From Camelus ferus (lineage: Eukaryota), in the NCBI RefSeq assembly GCF_009834535.1, contig NC_045706.1:30444001-30508000 (forward strand): a DNA stretch of 64,000 nt, given 5' to 3'. A program made the position numbers and the translations under genes. The notes under the pieces were generated by a model. The model was not told where the DNA came from, made no database searches, and saw only the letters and a list, made by a program, of their open reading frames with translations. Shown here piece after piece: positions 51,816-64,000 of the stretch. Positions within the stretch are counted from its first letter, which is position 1, and the number at the start of each line of letters is the position of its first letter.

Positions 51816-54800
51816 TGGATTCTTTTGTCTTTTGAGTTCTGATACACTGGAAACATCTGTTGAAGAAGTCTGACATCATGATGTCATAAGCAAATATCTC
51901 TTCACATTTGTTTGATTCAGCCCACTTTCCAGACCTCCACTTTACTAGCTCATGTGAAGTCTGATCGTGTATACCGATCATTAGAAAGAGCATGAATGTG
52001 ACCAAGACTGTCTACTGATAGGAAAACACGAATCTCTAGTATAAAATTTATAAAAATGTGAACTGAATTCAACAAATATATAGTAAGCAAGATCTCAGCT
52101 CACAACATCCAGGCTCTTCTCTAGGACCGTGGCTATTGAGAATCCTCCAGGAGAGACATGGAGCAGATAAAAGCACAGATAACCCTAAAAATGACAGGAA
52201 GAACTAGAGACAACAGTAAAGTCTACAGAGCTTGAGAAAACAGAGGTCAGGGAATGAGGTACTTCAGTCTGGTATGGATGGAGCTTGAATGTGGGGGTGT
52301 GTGTGTGCGCGCGTGCACACATGCGCATGTGCACACACACTATCAGTACTGTGAGACACGACCTTAGACAAATAGCCAAATTCTAGTATTACCAACTCAG
52401 TTGTTCAGATGTTTCTCTTGTTTCTAGGGAACCATTAAAGGCTTCCAAGCATGAGGGTGACATGATGAGATCTGCGTTTCAGGAAGGTAACACTAAAGGA
52501 GGTGAGGAGGATGGGGACTGGCAGCAGGGAGACCAGTGCAGATGCTCCCTGTGCCTGCAGAAGAGTATTTGCAGCCTCAGTGAGGGCTATGGTCCTGGTT
52601 GAAGAGGAGGCGGTAGAGTACCATGCTGTTTCAGGGGGGTCTTGTCTGGTTGAAAGTGGACAAGAGAGACAGGTAACTCCTATTCAATCAATTCTATTGC
52701 TGGAATAATTGAGAGGATGAAATATGCTTTCAGAGAAAACATTTGTTGTACAAGGCTACTGTGCACAATCATAGCAATTAAGAAGTTAAAAAGCAGATCT
52801 ATGGGTCATCGAGCAGAACTGTAGACAGAACATCCTAGATGACTGACATTTTCACTTCTTGATCCATTATAGGGCATCAGCTGGGCACAAACCAAAACAT
52901 GCCCATCCATAAGCAGCCAATCATTCTTCCAGCAACCCTGTTAGTTGATAGGTTTGGCTTGAGTAGTTATTGAAGACTACTACATATTTCTTATTCTTGT
53001 CATATATGGAGGGATAGAGAAAGAGGCCAATCACTGAGAAGATGAGAAAGGCTATGGATACTTTTTTCCTGGACAAATAATATTTTGAAGGGCTAAAGGA
53101 TAAAACCTTAGTAAGGACGGACTTATGATTTATCTTGTTCACACTGTTTGCTTTTCTGGTTTTTAGTTTTTAATTTCTTGTGGACTATATATTTATGTGT
53201 TGATTGTGGACTAATAAAATAAATGATATTTTTGCCCCAGAGGGATCAATTCTGTTGTTTCAAATGGGACCAGATCTCATTGGAATAATTAGAATTTTTC
53301 TGGTTATACTGAATTCTTATATAAAGATTTTTTTTCCTATGCATGATACTAACTCAACCCTGTAATTTACTCCCTGAAAATAGATCTCTCTTAAGAGTTG
53401 GAGAGATTTAGTTTATTAAAAATTTTATCAACAAATGGCCACGTGGCCACATTTTATACTCTTTATTTTGAATTTTACTTCTGTAATGAGCCTACATCAT
53501 TGGGGATTTCAGTCATCTGTGGAGGACAGGGCTGTCCTGTGTGAAAACACATTTCTATAAACTACATTCACTACAAGCACCACTCCCTATCACTAAAACC
53601 AAACTAAAGTGAATAATCATTCCCACTGGTTATATTTCACAACAGGCCTATGGGAAACATGAATGAAATTACATTCACTTGGAAAAGGTTTTGTTGCTGT
53701 TGTTTGAAACCATAAATGAGATTTTTTTTTTTTTTTGCTAATAGGTTTTGTACAACTAATCTGATGCATTTTTATTGGATAATTTTATTCTTTCTCTCCT
53801 CTTTACAGAGTGTGGGCTTTTGTTTTTCTTAGTCTCCAAAACACACTGCCAGCCGCGGCCTACCAGGATCTTCTCCCCCAAAGCACTGAAGCACTGTATG
53901 TAACTTAAGGAGGCACTACGTCTATCTCCCTCAGTACCTCAGGCTGACATTTCAAAAAGTACTACGTCTGTCTCCCTCAAAAAGTACTTCTCATCATGCC
54001 TTCTGCAGAGGGTCTGAAAAAGCATTTGGGGCCGTAATGAAATGATGAGATTGTTAGGGTGGGTGATGGGAACGGGTCATCTCCTGTCCCTTTCCAACAA
54101 CTGAGCAAGAAACCAGCTGCCTTTGTACATCAGTCAAGCAGAATTGATTCTGAAGTATATCTCTTCAGAGGACATGACAGGTTAGTTTGGTGATCTGTGG
54201 TCCTGAACACTGTTAGAAGTCACTGCAAACCCCAAGCAGTGGCTGGTGTGATCCAGGCCAGGTCTGATGGCAAAAGTCACGCAAAGGCAAAATGGGCCCC
54301 CTGGTCTTTATGTTCCAAGGGGAGTTTTCAGGGCACTGGGTGTCCCCGTCCCATAGAAGAACTCTTTTTGTCTGTGAACCATCCATTCCCACCACTGCTA
54401 TGATTATGGTACTTTTCATATTGGGAGCCTTTTCATTTCCTTCCTCCTCAGTGAAAATGAGCTTATTAGACCCTTTCCTGAGAACAGGAGGAAACGAAAA
54501 ACACTGGTCAGGAAGAATGGGGAGCAAACTCTTTAGGAAACAGGATCCTGGAGATTTGAGACAAACTTTGACCCCTGACAATCTTGCGTAAGATCAGCCC
54601 TGGCACAAATCTGCCGTGTTGAGGTTAGCCAATGTGAGTTAAGTAAGGACATTACAGGGCAAGAATTACTCGTCCTTTTGTTATTTCTGAAGCCCGAACT
54701 GCTTTTAGAAATAAGGGCTGGAATGTTCCATAGGAACTCGGAGCATGGAACACAGGGGCATGGCATACACTCGGTGTGGGCTATTTAAAACCTTGTTCCT

Positions 54801-56706
54801 TGGCTTCCCTCTGTGATTCTAAATACGTGTAATCACATTACCCTGCAGCAGCCGGGAACTATTTCTATAACATTGTCCAGCATCTGTGCTTGCCGAGGCT
54901 GGGGCCACCCAGCGAAAACAAAGTGGAGATGTGCTAACTAATGAGGCTGATGCATCCAGGCTTTCTGTGTCACAGCTAACGACCATCTAGTGTTGGCATA
55001 TGAGCAGCATGTATCAACTGACACTTCTTGAATTTTAAGGACTGATCTGTTTAACTATCCTGGGGGGAGAGAGGTGCCTTCGCCCATCAAAAGGATGTTT
55101 TTTAAATGAGCCATTTATTTATTTACCAAATAAATAACATAAGCACACTCGATCACTTTCTCACATACAACCAATTTTTATCCTATGGAAGGATGCCATC
55201 ATTGGATACTTTGCCCCTTTATGTGGTAAAGACTCTGTCTGTTTTGGATTTGTTTGGTGTGCTAACACTTCCCCTAATCACACCATTAGCCATCAATCAA
55301 ACAGATAAATCCCTTCAGAATATTCTACTCAATTGTTAATTGCAAAGACATTAACTAGTAAAAGGACCTTGGCAAAAATTGTTACATAATGTCAAAACAC
55401 CTGATCAGGTTTGTGAATTCAACGGAAACAGTCAAATCTGTTTTGGGATTTCATATAGACAAAACAATAAGTGATATTTTTTATTTTAGCTTTTTAGCTT
55501 TATGTAAAAAGTGAAAATCCTACCGCTGATAAAATGTGTAACCATTTGTCATACCCTCTGCCAAGCATTTTATCTACTTAAATCTTATTTATCTCTGATA
55601 ACAACCCTTCAATGTGTTATCACTTCCATTTTACAGATGAGGAGACTGAGGTTCAGAGAGATTTAGTCATTTGCACACGATTATATGTCTAGTTTCTAGT
55701 GAATAGTGGGGTGAGATTTATATACAAGTGTCTTCCGTTTCAAATTCATGCTTTTGCCTCTGTATATATAACCCCAAACAGACAAAATGGCCAATTAAGG
55801 TAAGAAAACAAACACGCAAACAGACTTGGGTCATGCAGTTAAGATAACCACAGTTGGTGGGCAATTGGCTGATTCTCTCCTGGAACCGGTAACTACAACC
55901 CAGTCTGTTGCCTGACACCTGAGCACCAGGAGACCTCCTGATCCCCATGTGGTCCTGCTCTAAGAACTAGCACTCCAATTGCCAAACGTCACACATCAGA
56001 ACAAATTATACATGTTACGTTATGCCTGTGGAGAGATCTGATTTCTTAGTCAAATATTATTTTTGACTGTTTTCGGACATAGACTGAATATGTGGTTCCC
56101 TCATGGCTAACTCAAAACACACAGCAAAAACTAATCCTTTGCACTATCCTATATTATTATTTTCTTTTTCTCCTTGTAAGGGGACTAGTTATAAATTAGA
56201 TGAGATTAGAAAACAGTCGCTTGAGAATTAGTATTTTAAGGAATTACCTAGAAAGAACCCAGATTTTTCTTCTCCACACAGTAAATCACACAGAGTAGCA
56301 GCCTGCCCCAGGTCCCCAAGGACAACATCTTGAGCGCATATGTTATGCTGTGTTCTGTATCGACTAATTCAGAAACTCCAGAGCAAAATAACCAAAGTTC
56401 TCAAGTCAAAAATGAAAGTAAAAGAGTGGAATGAAATTAGGATCATTGTTGCAACATTCCAACAACTTCATAAACAGCCACGAAAGTAGACAGCATGACA
56501 GGTTAGCAAATTTGCCATTGCAAGAATCAACCTGCACTGTTGGAATCAAGTCGCAAACAAACCCATCTACCTCTCACTTGACTGATAAGCTTTTCCTCTC
56601 CAGAAATATAATCACATCTGACAAAATTAATACTGAGATCGTTTCACTAGAAGGCTTATCCAAATATATGCTCTATTAAAAATAGTCATGATATAAATAT
56701 TTCTCA

Positions 56707-56853
<147 letters not shown>

Positions 56854-57183
56854 TTATGTTAATCCGGTTTAGCAAAACAGTCCCTATTTTGACCCTATTT
56901 TGTGAAGTACAATACTGTTCCTTCCCAGATGGAGCAGGAGAGATGAAACTGCTACAGGTTTCTCATAATAATGCTCAGGAGTGGAAGGTATCTAAGCATG
57001 TTCTGTAGCAGCTAATAAAAATCAGAATTTCTAAATGCAGCAAAATGTTAGCCCCGTCAAACGGCCAAGCGTGCAAGAGGAATCTTTCTCTCTATGCCCT
57101 TCTACCAATACATACAAAGCCCCAAATACATCGGCTGGAAGGTTTAAATCGTAAATTAGATATCAAAATGCTTACGGGCCTTA

Positions 57184-58150
<967 letters not shown>

Positions 58151-61100
58151 TCCCGTGGTGAGGGAGGGAGACAGAAGCATTGACTGCCTCTGTGTGTAAT
58201 CTGCCCTCCTCACCTCTCACACTCCCCCTTCTTCAGCCCTAGAACCAGAAGCCTGGAAGGAACTCCCTGGCAGCAGGAGGCAGCCAGCTTTGGCTTCCAG
58301 GGCTCTGGAAAAGCTCTGGCTGAACCCAGGAGGCTGAGATAGGCTGAGGAGATGCCAGAGACCTAGTGGCTTTGGAAGGTCCAGTTCTGCCAAGAATTAG
58401 CCCAATGTTGTCTCTAGATCTATTCCCCCATCTGTAGAATGGGCACGAGAGCGCAGAGGTTCCATAAGTATTATGAACATTAAGTCAAAATGGAAGGCTA
58501 TGTTACTGTCATATTTGATGGGAAAGAGGATGTCCCTTTGGAGAAGGAAATTCATTTAAACAAGAGAAAAACAAGAGGCCCTGGCTTTGGGGGCAGGGCG
58601 GTATAGTCTGTGCTTAGGATGGAGGAATGTCTGCTTAGTCCTCTTACCAGGCTGAAGGCGGCCACCCCTCAAGCTGGTACAGCCAGCCTGGGGATGTCAG
58701 TCCACACTCTTTCTCTTTCAGCTTCTTAGGCTGAAAATAGTACAAGGACTGTCTAAGCAAATGTGTGATTAGGACAGAAACTCACCCTGCACACACAGAA
58801 CTGGAGGCATTGACAGTCTACCCTTCCCCTCTCGTCGGTGGCTCCCCCTGCACTCACTCCCACCCCTCATTTACGGGGAGGGCAGGGTGGTGAAGTTGTG
58901 GTCCTTCTCGTATCTGACTGCTCTCTTTTTACCCAGAAGACTGCAGGCTCCACAAAAGGAGAGACCCCGGGGCAAATCTGGGGCCTGGACCGCGTCGTGC
59001 ACGACGTGAGCAGCCAGTGTGTCGTTATGGGCAGCAACAGAGCATAGAGGCTCTCCACGGTCGGTCGGGACACGCTCATCCAAAGAAACCCGACATTGCT
59101 TCTCAGAGTTACCCTGAAGGAAGTCAAGGACAATTCACCAAAGAATCGACGATCGAGCTGAGTTCTCAGGTAAGGGGGGAATGAAAGTGCAGGTTGGTGT
59201 GAGCCTTCCAGGTGGAGCAAGGAGCACTTGCCAAGGCCTGGCCACCACCTGGAGAACCATGGACACCTCTGCAGAGTTTTAGGCAGAGGAGTGATATGAT
59301 CTGGTTTGTGTTTCAAAAGGACCAGTAGGTTATTATCCTTAAGCTCCTTTTTGAGGATTTGTGATTATATTAGGTTTTTTATTTGTTTGTTTCTTTAGAG
59401 AACAGAAAAGGAAAACTAAGTCCAGGAGAAGCAATGACTTTGAATGCATTCTGCTCTTGCTTCACTGCTTAGGGCTCTATGGAGGGAGGGAGTATATCAC
59501 AGTGATTTTTAGAAACCATGACCTACAGGCAAGCCCCACTTGAAACAGTAAAAGTGTCACTTAAAAGTTGGCTGCAAGTCAGATTTTTGTAAACTGAATC
59601 CTACTTCAAGTGCACAATGCAAACCTGCTTTGTAACTTAATTACGTGGCGAGAATATTATAGAAGATGTTTTTTATTCAAACAATCACCCACGCCCTAAG
59701 TTATCTGACTTGCAAACGATGTGTTCTGTAACTATAAAGACCCTGAGAACTTTCAGGGACCTCAGAGTTCTCGGATCCAATCCCTGAGTGTTACAGATGG
59801 GGAAACTGTAACAGGTACAGGAGGTCGCACAGACGGTGAGTGGCACTCTGCGTGGGATGACACTCTGGCAGATACTTGGTTAAACTGATCGGTGCAGTCA
59901 ACAAGATAATTCCCCTACTCTGTTTCACTTTCAAATGTATCAGATTATCACGATGCCGTGATCAGCCCTGGGCTTTGTGCTCTGTAGAAGGGTCAAAGAA
60001 AGGGTGAACGGTCTTTCATATTTGACTTGGTTAAGCTTGGAGGGCAAACAAATGAGGGAGAGAAATCATACCCATAACTTCACTTTGCAGCTGTATTTAT
60101 CTAGTGGTTCAGTTTGTCAGTTCAAGTGGAAAAAGGACCATGATGGGGGGTGAAGGGGGGACTCTAAGGACAAATTACAATGGGCATTCTGAAAAGACAG
60201 TAACTTTTTCTTTTTCTATGGCATTTAAATGCCCAGACTTGAATTCCCTATTCAATTAAAACACCCACTATGATCAGGCACCATTTTAACCGTGTAGTAC
60301 AGATTGCTGATGGCCTTTTAGGGAGGAAGAACCATTCCAGGCTCCAGAACTGGATGGAGGAGAGGGCTAGTGAAAGGAGGGCAGGTTGCTGCTATGCTGA
60401 AGTCCTGAGGGGCCTGGAGAGGGGGCTCTATTACTGACCAGGCTTCCCTGCGCTGCTCTGGGAATCCCTGGAAGGGCGCAGAGAGGATGTGGGAAGCAGG
60501 AGGGTGGAAGCTTCGGGGTTCCCACCAGCTTGGAGGCCTTCATATGAGGTTGGGCAACCCACCTGTGCATCACAGCGGGGGCCTTGGGAGAGGGGCCTGG
60601 AAAGGATGCAGGCAGAGCTGGAAGGAGGCCCAGAGAGGTAGGGAGGCCTGACTGAAGCAGGCTTACTGTCCAGTCCCAGCTCTGGAGGAGGAGCTGAGGG
60701 GTCCAGGGCTGGCTCTGGACTTGGCCGTCCACGTGACCATAGGCTGGCTGTTCAACGTTTCCAGGGCACAGTTTTCTCCTCTGTAAACTGAGGAGTACGT
60801 AGAATAGTACATATCACATAAAGTTGCTTAGAGAATGAGAGACGGTAATGTATCTACAGTGCTTAGCATGGGGTCCAATACATGGAAAAGATTTGTCGTC
60901 ATCATCATCATTATCAGCATTGCAACAGGACTTGAATTCTGAACATGGGACTCCTGATACCTGGGAAGCAAAGCTCTCAGACAAAAATGGATTTATTTTA
61001 AGTGTAAGTTCACTCTAGGAAGCAGGCACTTCTGGGCACTATGACAGACTGTGGCCTTGCCAAGAGTCTCTGCACATGGAAGAACCAAGAAGCCTCCAGG

Positions 61101-61825
61101 GAAAGAAAGAACTCTCTCCCAGTTTGGGTGAGAGTAGGAATACCCAAGCTTGGTCTGGGACAAGGTCCAGAGCTGGAGAAGAAGGTGGTTATGAACAAGG
61201 GTGAAGATTTTTTTCTTCAACCCATTGCCCTTGAACCTGTGTAATTTGAGGGGGTAAGAAGAATCTACTTTGGGACGCCTGTAACAAGGGCACCATGCCG
61301 TTGCACGTGGGTGCTGTGAGGACCACACAAAGTACTCTGACACCTGAAGCTGTCGTAGAGATGTGACACCAACAGCATCCTCATCCAGGCCCATGGCTCA
61401 GGCATCACCAAAGTCACTGGATTTTCCACCAGGTACAACTCAACCTGAGTGTCCCACAGTAGTGACAGCCCCGCAGACATAGGAAGTGACAAATGATCCC
61501 AGCAGGGAGCCTGAGCAGAAGAGAGGGGAAATGAAGGCTATTTGGGAACACACGTGTGACATTCCCTGGCGTTCTCAGAAACTGGAAGGGGTCTTTTAGG
61601 AGGGACTGGCAATTCTGAGAGAGTTGATGAAAGCAGAGAGAGAAAGAACAGCCTGTGCCATGGTTCTGATCCCAGTTTTCCCCTCAGGCTGGTGTGACCT
61701 AGGAAACACACATTGTGCAAGTAAACAAATCATTATTCTGAGCCTTAAAAGATCCAGCGTGGCGCTGCCTCCTTTTACACTCAGACATGCAAACTGGTGT
61801 CAGTTTAAGCAGCTTTCTCAATAGA

Positions 61826-61994
61826 GCAGGGTTTTTGAAGCAGCGAGTCAGATGCATTAGTGGGTTACAAAATCAATCTAGTAGGTGCAAGCAGAATTTT
61901 AAAGAACAAAATAGTTTTGAATCCAAAATTGGACGCTGTTACCTTTAAGAGTAGCTAGTGCCTTGTGAAGACTTTGTTTCCATTCTTTGTGGGG

Positions 61995-62025
<31 letters not shown>

Positions 62026-62118
62026 TTGTGCACACAGGGTTGTGATATAAAATACGTTTCTTACAATCGGTTTATGATCTTCCCCCCTAAAAAAAGGAAA
62101 AGAAAAAGAAAACACTGC
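61826..62118. mobile_element. hAT-Charlie MITE with internal (TG)n at 61995-62030
   Basis: cagggtttttgaa...cattagtgggttacaaaatcaat...gggttgtgatataaaatacgtttcttac...aaacactg. Confidence 0.6.
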
Positions 62119-63254
62119 ATTAGAGGATGCTAAAGATCTTCACCCGCACCAGGAGCCTGTGAAATCGCAGAGAATTGTTGATCTCAATTCCAATAAATTT
62201 CACTTACTGATTGAGGGCAACAATTAGCCTGATAAAATATCATTTCTGTTATTTACTGGCTGTGTGACTTTAGGCAAGTTGCTTAGCTTCTCTGTGCCTC
62301 ATTTTCCACATTGGTAAAGTAGAATACCTTTGCATTGTTGATATTAAACTTAGTGATAGTGCACGTGGAAGGCATGTCACAAAGAAGGCATTCAACTTCT
62401 GATACTCTCCCAGAATTAAATGGGGAGTGGGGAGAGGGCAGTGAGCAGAGGGCCAGATCTTAAAGATTAGAAGTAGTATGTCACTAAGGACTCGTTGGTA
62501 GAAAGTAATAGACACTGACTCTGCCAATCTAAACATAAAAGAACCTTACTGCCACAGTGATGGAGTGACTCGCGGAATCCAAGGAAGGGCTGTCTAAGCA
62601 GGCTTTAGAAATGGAGAAATTTGTGGGAACTTGGGGATCTAGGCAGCAGGAACTAATGGGCAATGTCCTCATGTGACTCCATTCCAACCAGTTATTATCC
62701 ACATGTTCCTCCCCAAAGGAGAGAGTCCATTGGGCTGAGCTGGAGTCAGATACCCCCCCATTTTCCATGGGAAGCCAGAGCACGTTGTTTGGCAGTCCCA
62801 CCTGGGGTACACACTATGGGAGAGGGCTGGTCCCCAAAGCAAACTTGGGTGCTACTACCAGAAGCAGAGAGGATGGACGCTAGCCAGGCAAAACCAAGGG
62901 ACCCTCACTACAGGACATGTGCCAGGATCTGTTAGGTGGGGACAAAGGGCAATGATATCAGCTATCATCCCAAACCCAACCTCATGATTTTAAAGAGCAA
63001 TGACCAGGGGACAATTTAGATAAACAGTTACAAATAATTTCCCAAAAGTCAGCTAAACTCTATGTCCTGACTGTGGAATCGGGGGATTTCAACTCTTGTG
63101 CTCCAAGAGAATAGAGGTTTAGCCAAGAGTGGAGTTGAGAAGGCAATAATAACCAAAGCTGACACTCAGAGAAGGAATATCATGTGTGAGCTGCTGGTCT
63201 AAGCACTTTATTGTATTAATTCATTTAATCCTCATAAAAACCTCATGGTCTGGA

Positions 63255-63300
<46 letters not shown>
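63255..63300. repeat. (TAT)n microsatellite inside a MIR (~63155-63440)
   Basis: About 15 perfect TAT units. Confidence 0.95.
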
Positions 63301-63844
63301 TCCTCTATATTTACAGAAAAAATAAAAGGAGGTCCAGGAGGTTAGAGAGCATGCTCAGAGTCCCACAGCTAGTGAGGGGTGTCACTGGAATCAAACCCAG
63401 GCAGTGTGACTCTGGTGCCCAAGGTGTTAGTCACTGCTGGACACTGCCTCTCCAAAGGGCAGTGTGGGATGTGGGGTGCTGGGTGCTGCTTTGGAGGCCC
63501 CTAGCGCCTCACTGGCTAGGCACTGCTATTGAACTACAGTTCCCAGCATGCAACTGGGCTATCATCTTAACCCCTTCCTCGCCAAAAGTTCCTCATTGAC
63601 TTGGGTAAAAAGTTTTTTAATGGCAAATGTGGCAAAATCTGGTTTCCCTAAAGGATGATTATGCAATTGAGGCATGAATGCTGATGTAAGTGGGATTAGA
63701 CAGAGGAGAAGTTAAGATTTTAGGTTAAAATATCCTCTGCAGTTTTTAGTGTTCGAAGGAAGACATTGGAGATGACCATGGGAAGGAGTGTTTTTTAACC
63801 TACAAATGTATACTGGGACAATGTCAGTAAGGGTGCTTTAAAGC

Positions 63845-64000
63845 ACCCATTCTCAAACTTGGCTGCACTTTGGAATCACCTGGGGAGTTTGAAAAAATAC
63901 TTGAATGCTTAGGTTACATCTCTAGAAGTTCTTATGTAATTGGTGTGGAGTGTGACCTGGACTTCAGGACTTAAAAATTGCTTTAAATTCTAAAGTGCAA
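63845..64000. mobile_element. MER5-type hAT element (similar copies at ~2800-2990, ~19310-19510, ~42975-43115)
   Basis: ttctcaaacttggctgcactttggaatcacctggggagtttgaaaaaatac. Confidence 0.7.

Noticed and set aside
54197..54766. Cluster of overlapping ORFs in intron 2
   Set aside because: No recognisable protein motifs and no consistent exon boundaries.
63186..63599. 137-aa ORF with poly-Tyr
   Set aside because: Translation of a (TAT)n microsatellite inside a MIR.

Overview
Mammalian genomic DNA containing one complete protein-coding gene, LGI1 (leucine-rich glioma inactivated 1, epitempin), on the minus strand. It has 8 coding exons (57399-57185, 56779-56708, 39350-39279, 39179-39108, 31953-31882, 29323-29154, 28879-28715, 26163-25328), all GT-AG introns, and a 1674-nt CDS encoding 557 aa. 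A ~350-nt 3' UTR carries AATAAA at 24992-24997. The rest (1-24.9 kb downstream, the introns, 58-64 kb upstream) is non-coding and rich in MIR, L2, L1, LTR and hAT/Tc-mariner elements, plus a 3'-truncated 5S rRNA retrocopy. The repeat content suggests a cetartiodactyl, probably a camelid. Nearly all other ORFs in the supplied track are spurious or L1 remnants. I found no convincingly new biological system. The most interesting observations are: (1) a layered LGI1 5' leader with a start-stop uORF, an overlapping uORF, an in-frame upstream ATG and a stronger Kozak context at Met9; (2) a CpG-rich, fully splice-signal-bounded candidate exon of a divergent transcript upstream of LGI1; (3) an internal acceptor in exon 8 that yields the 291-aa short isoform; (4) a 72-nt adenosine-free 3' splice-site tract that forces a distal branch point; (5) a MADE2 hairpin with apparently compensatory changes; (6) an LTR flanked by a ~50-bp duplication. 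Repeat family names and comparisons with human come from remembered consensus sequences, not from searches.
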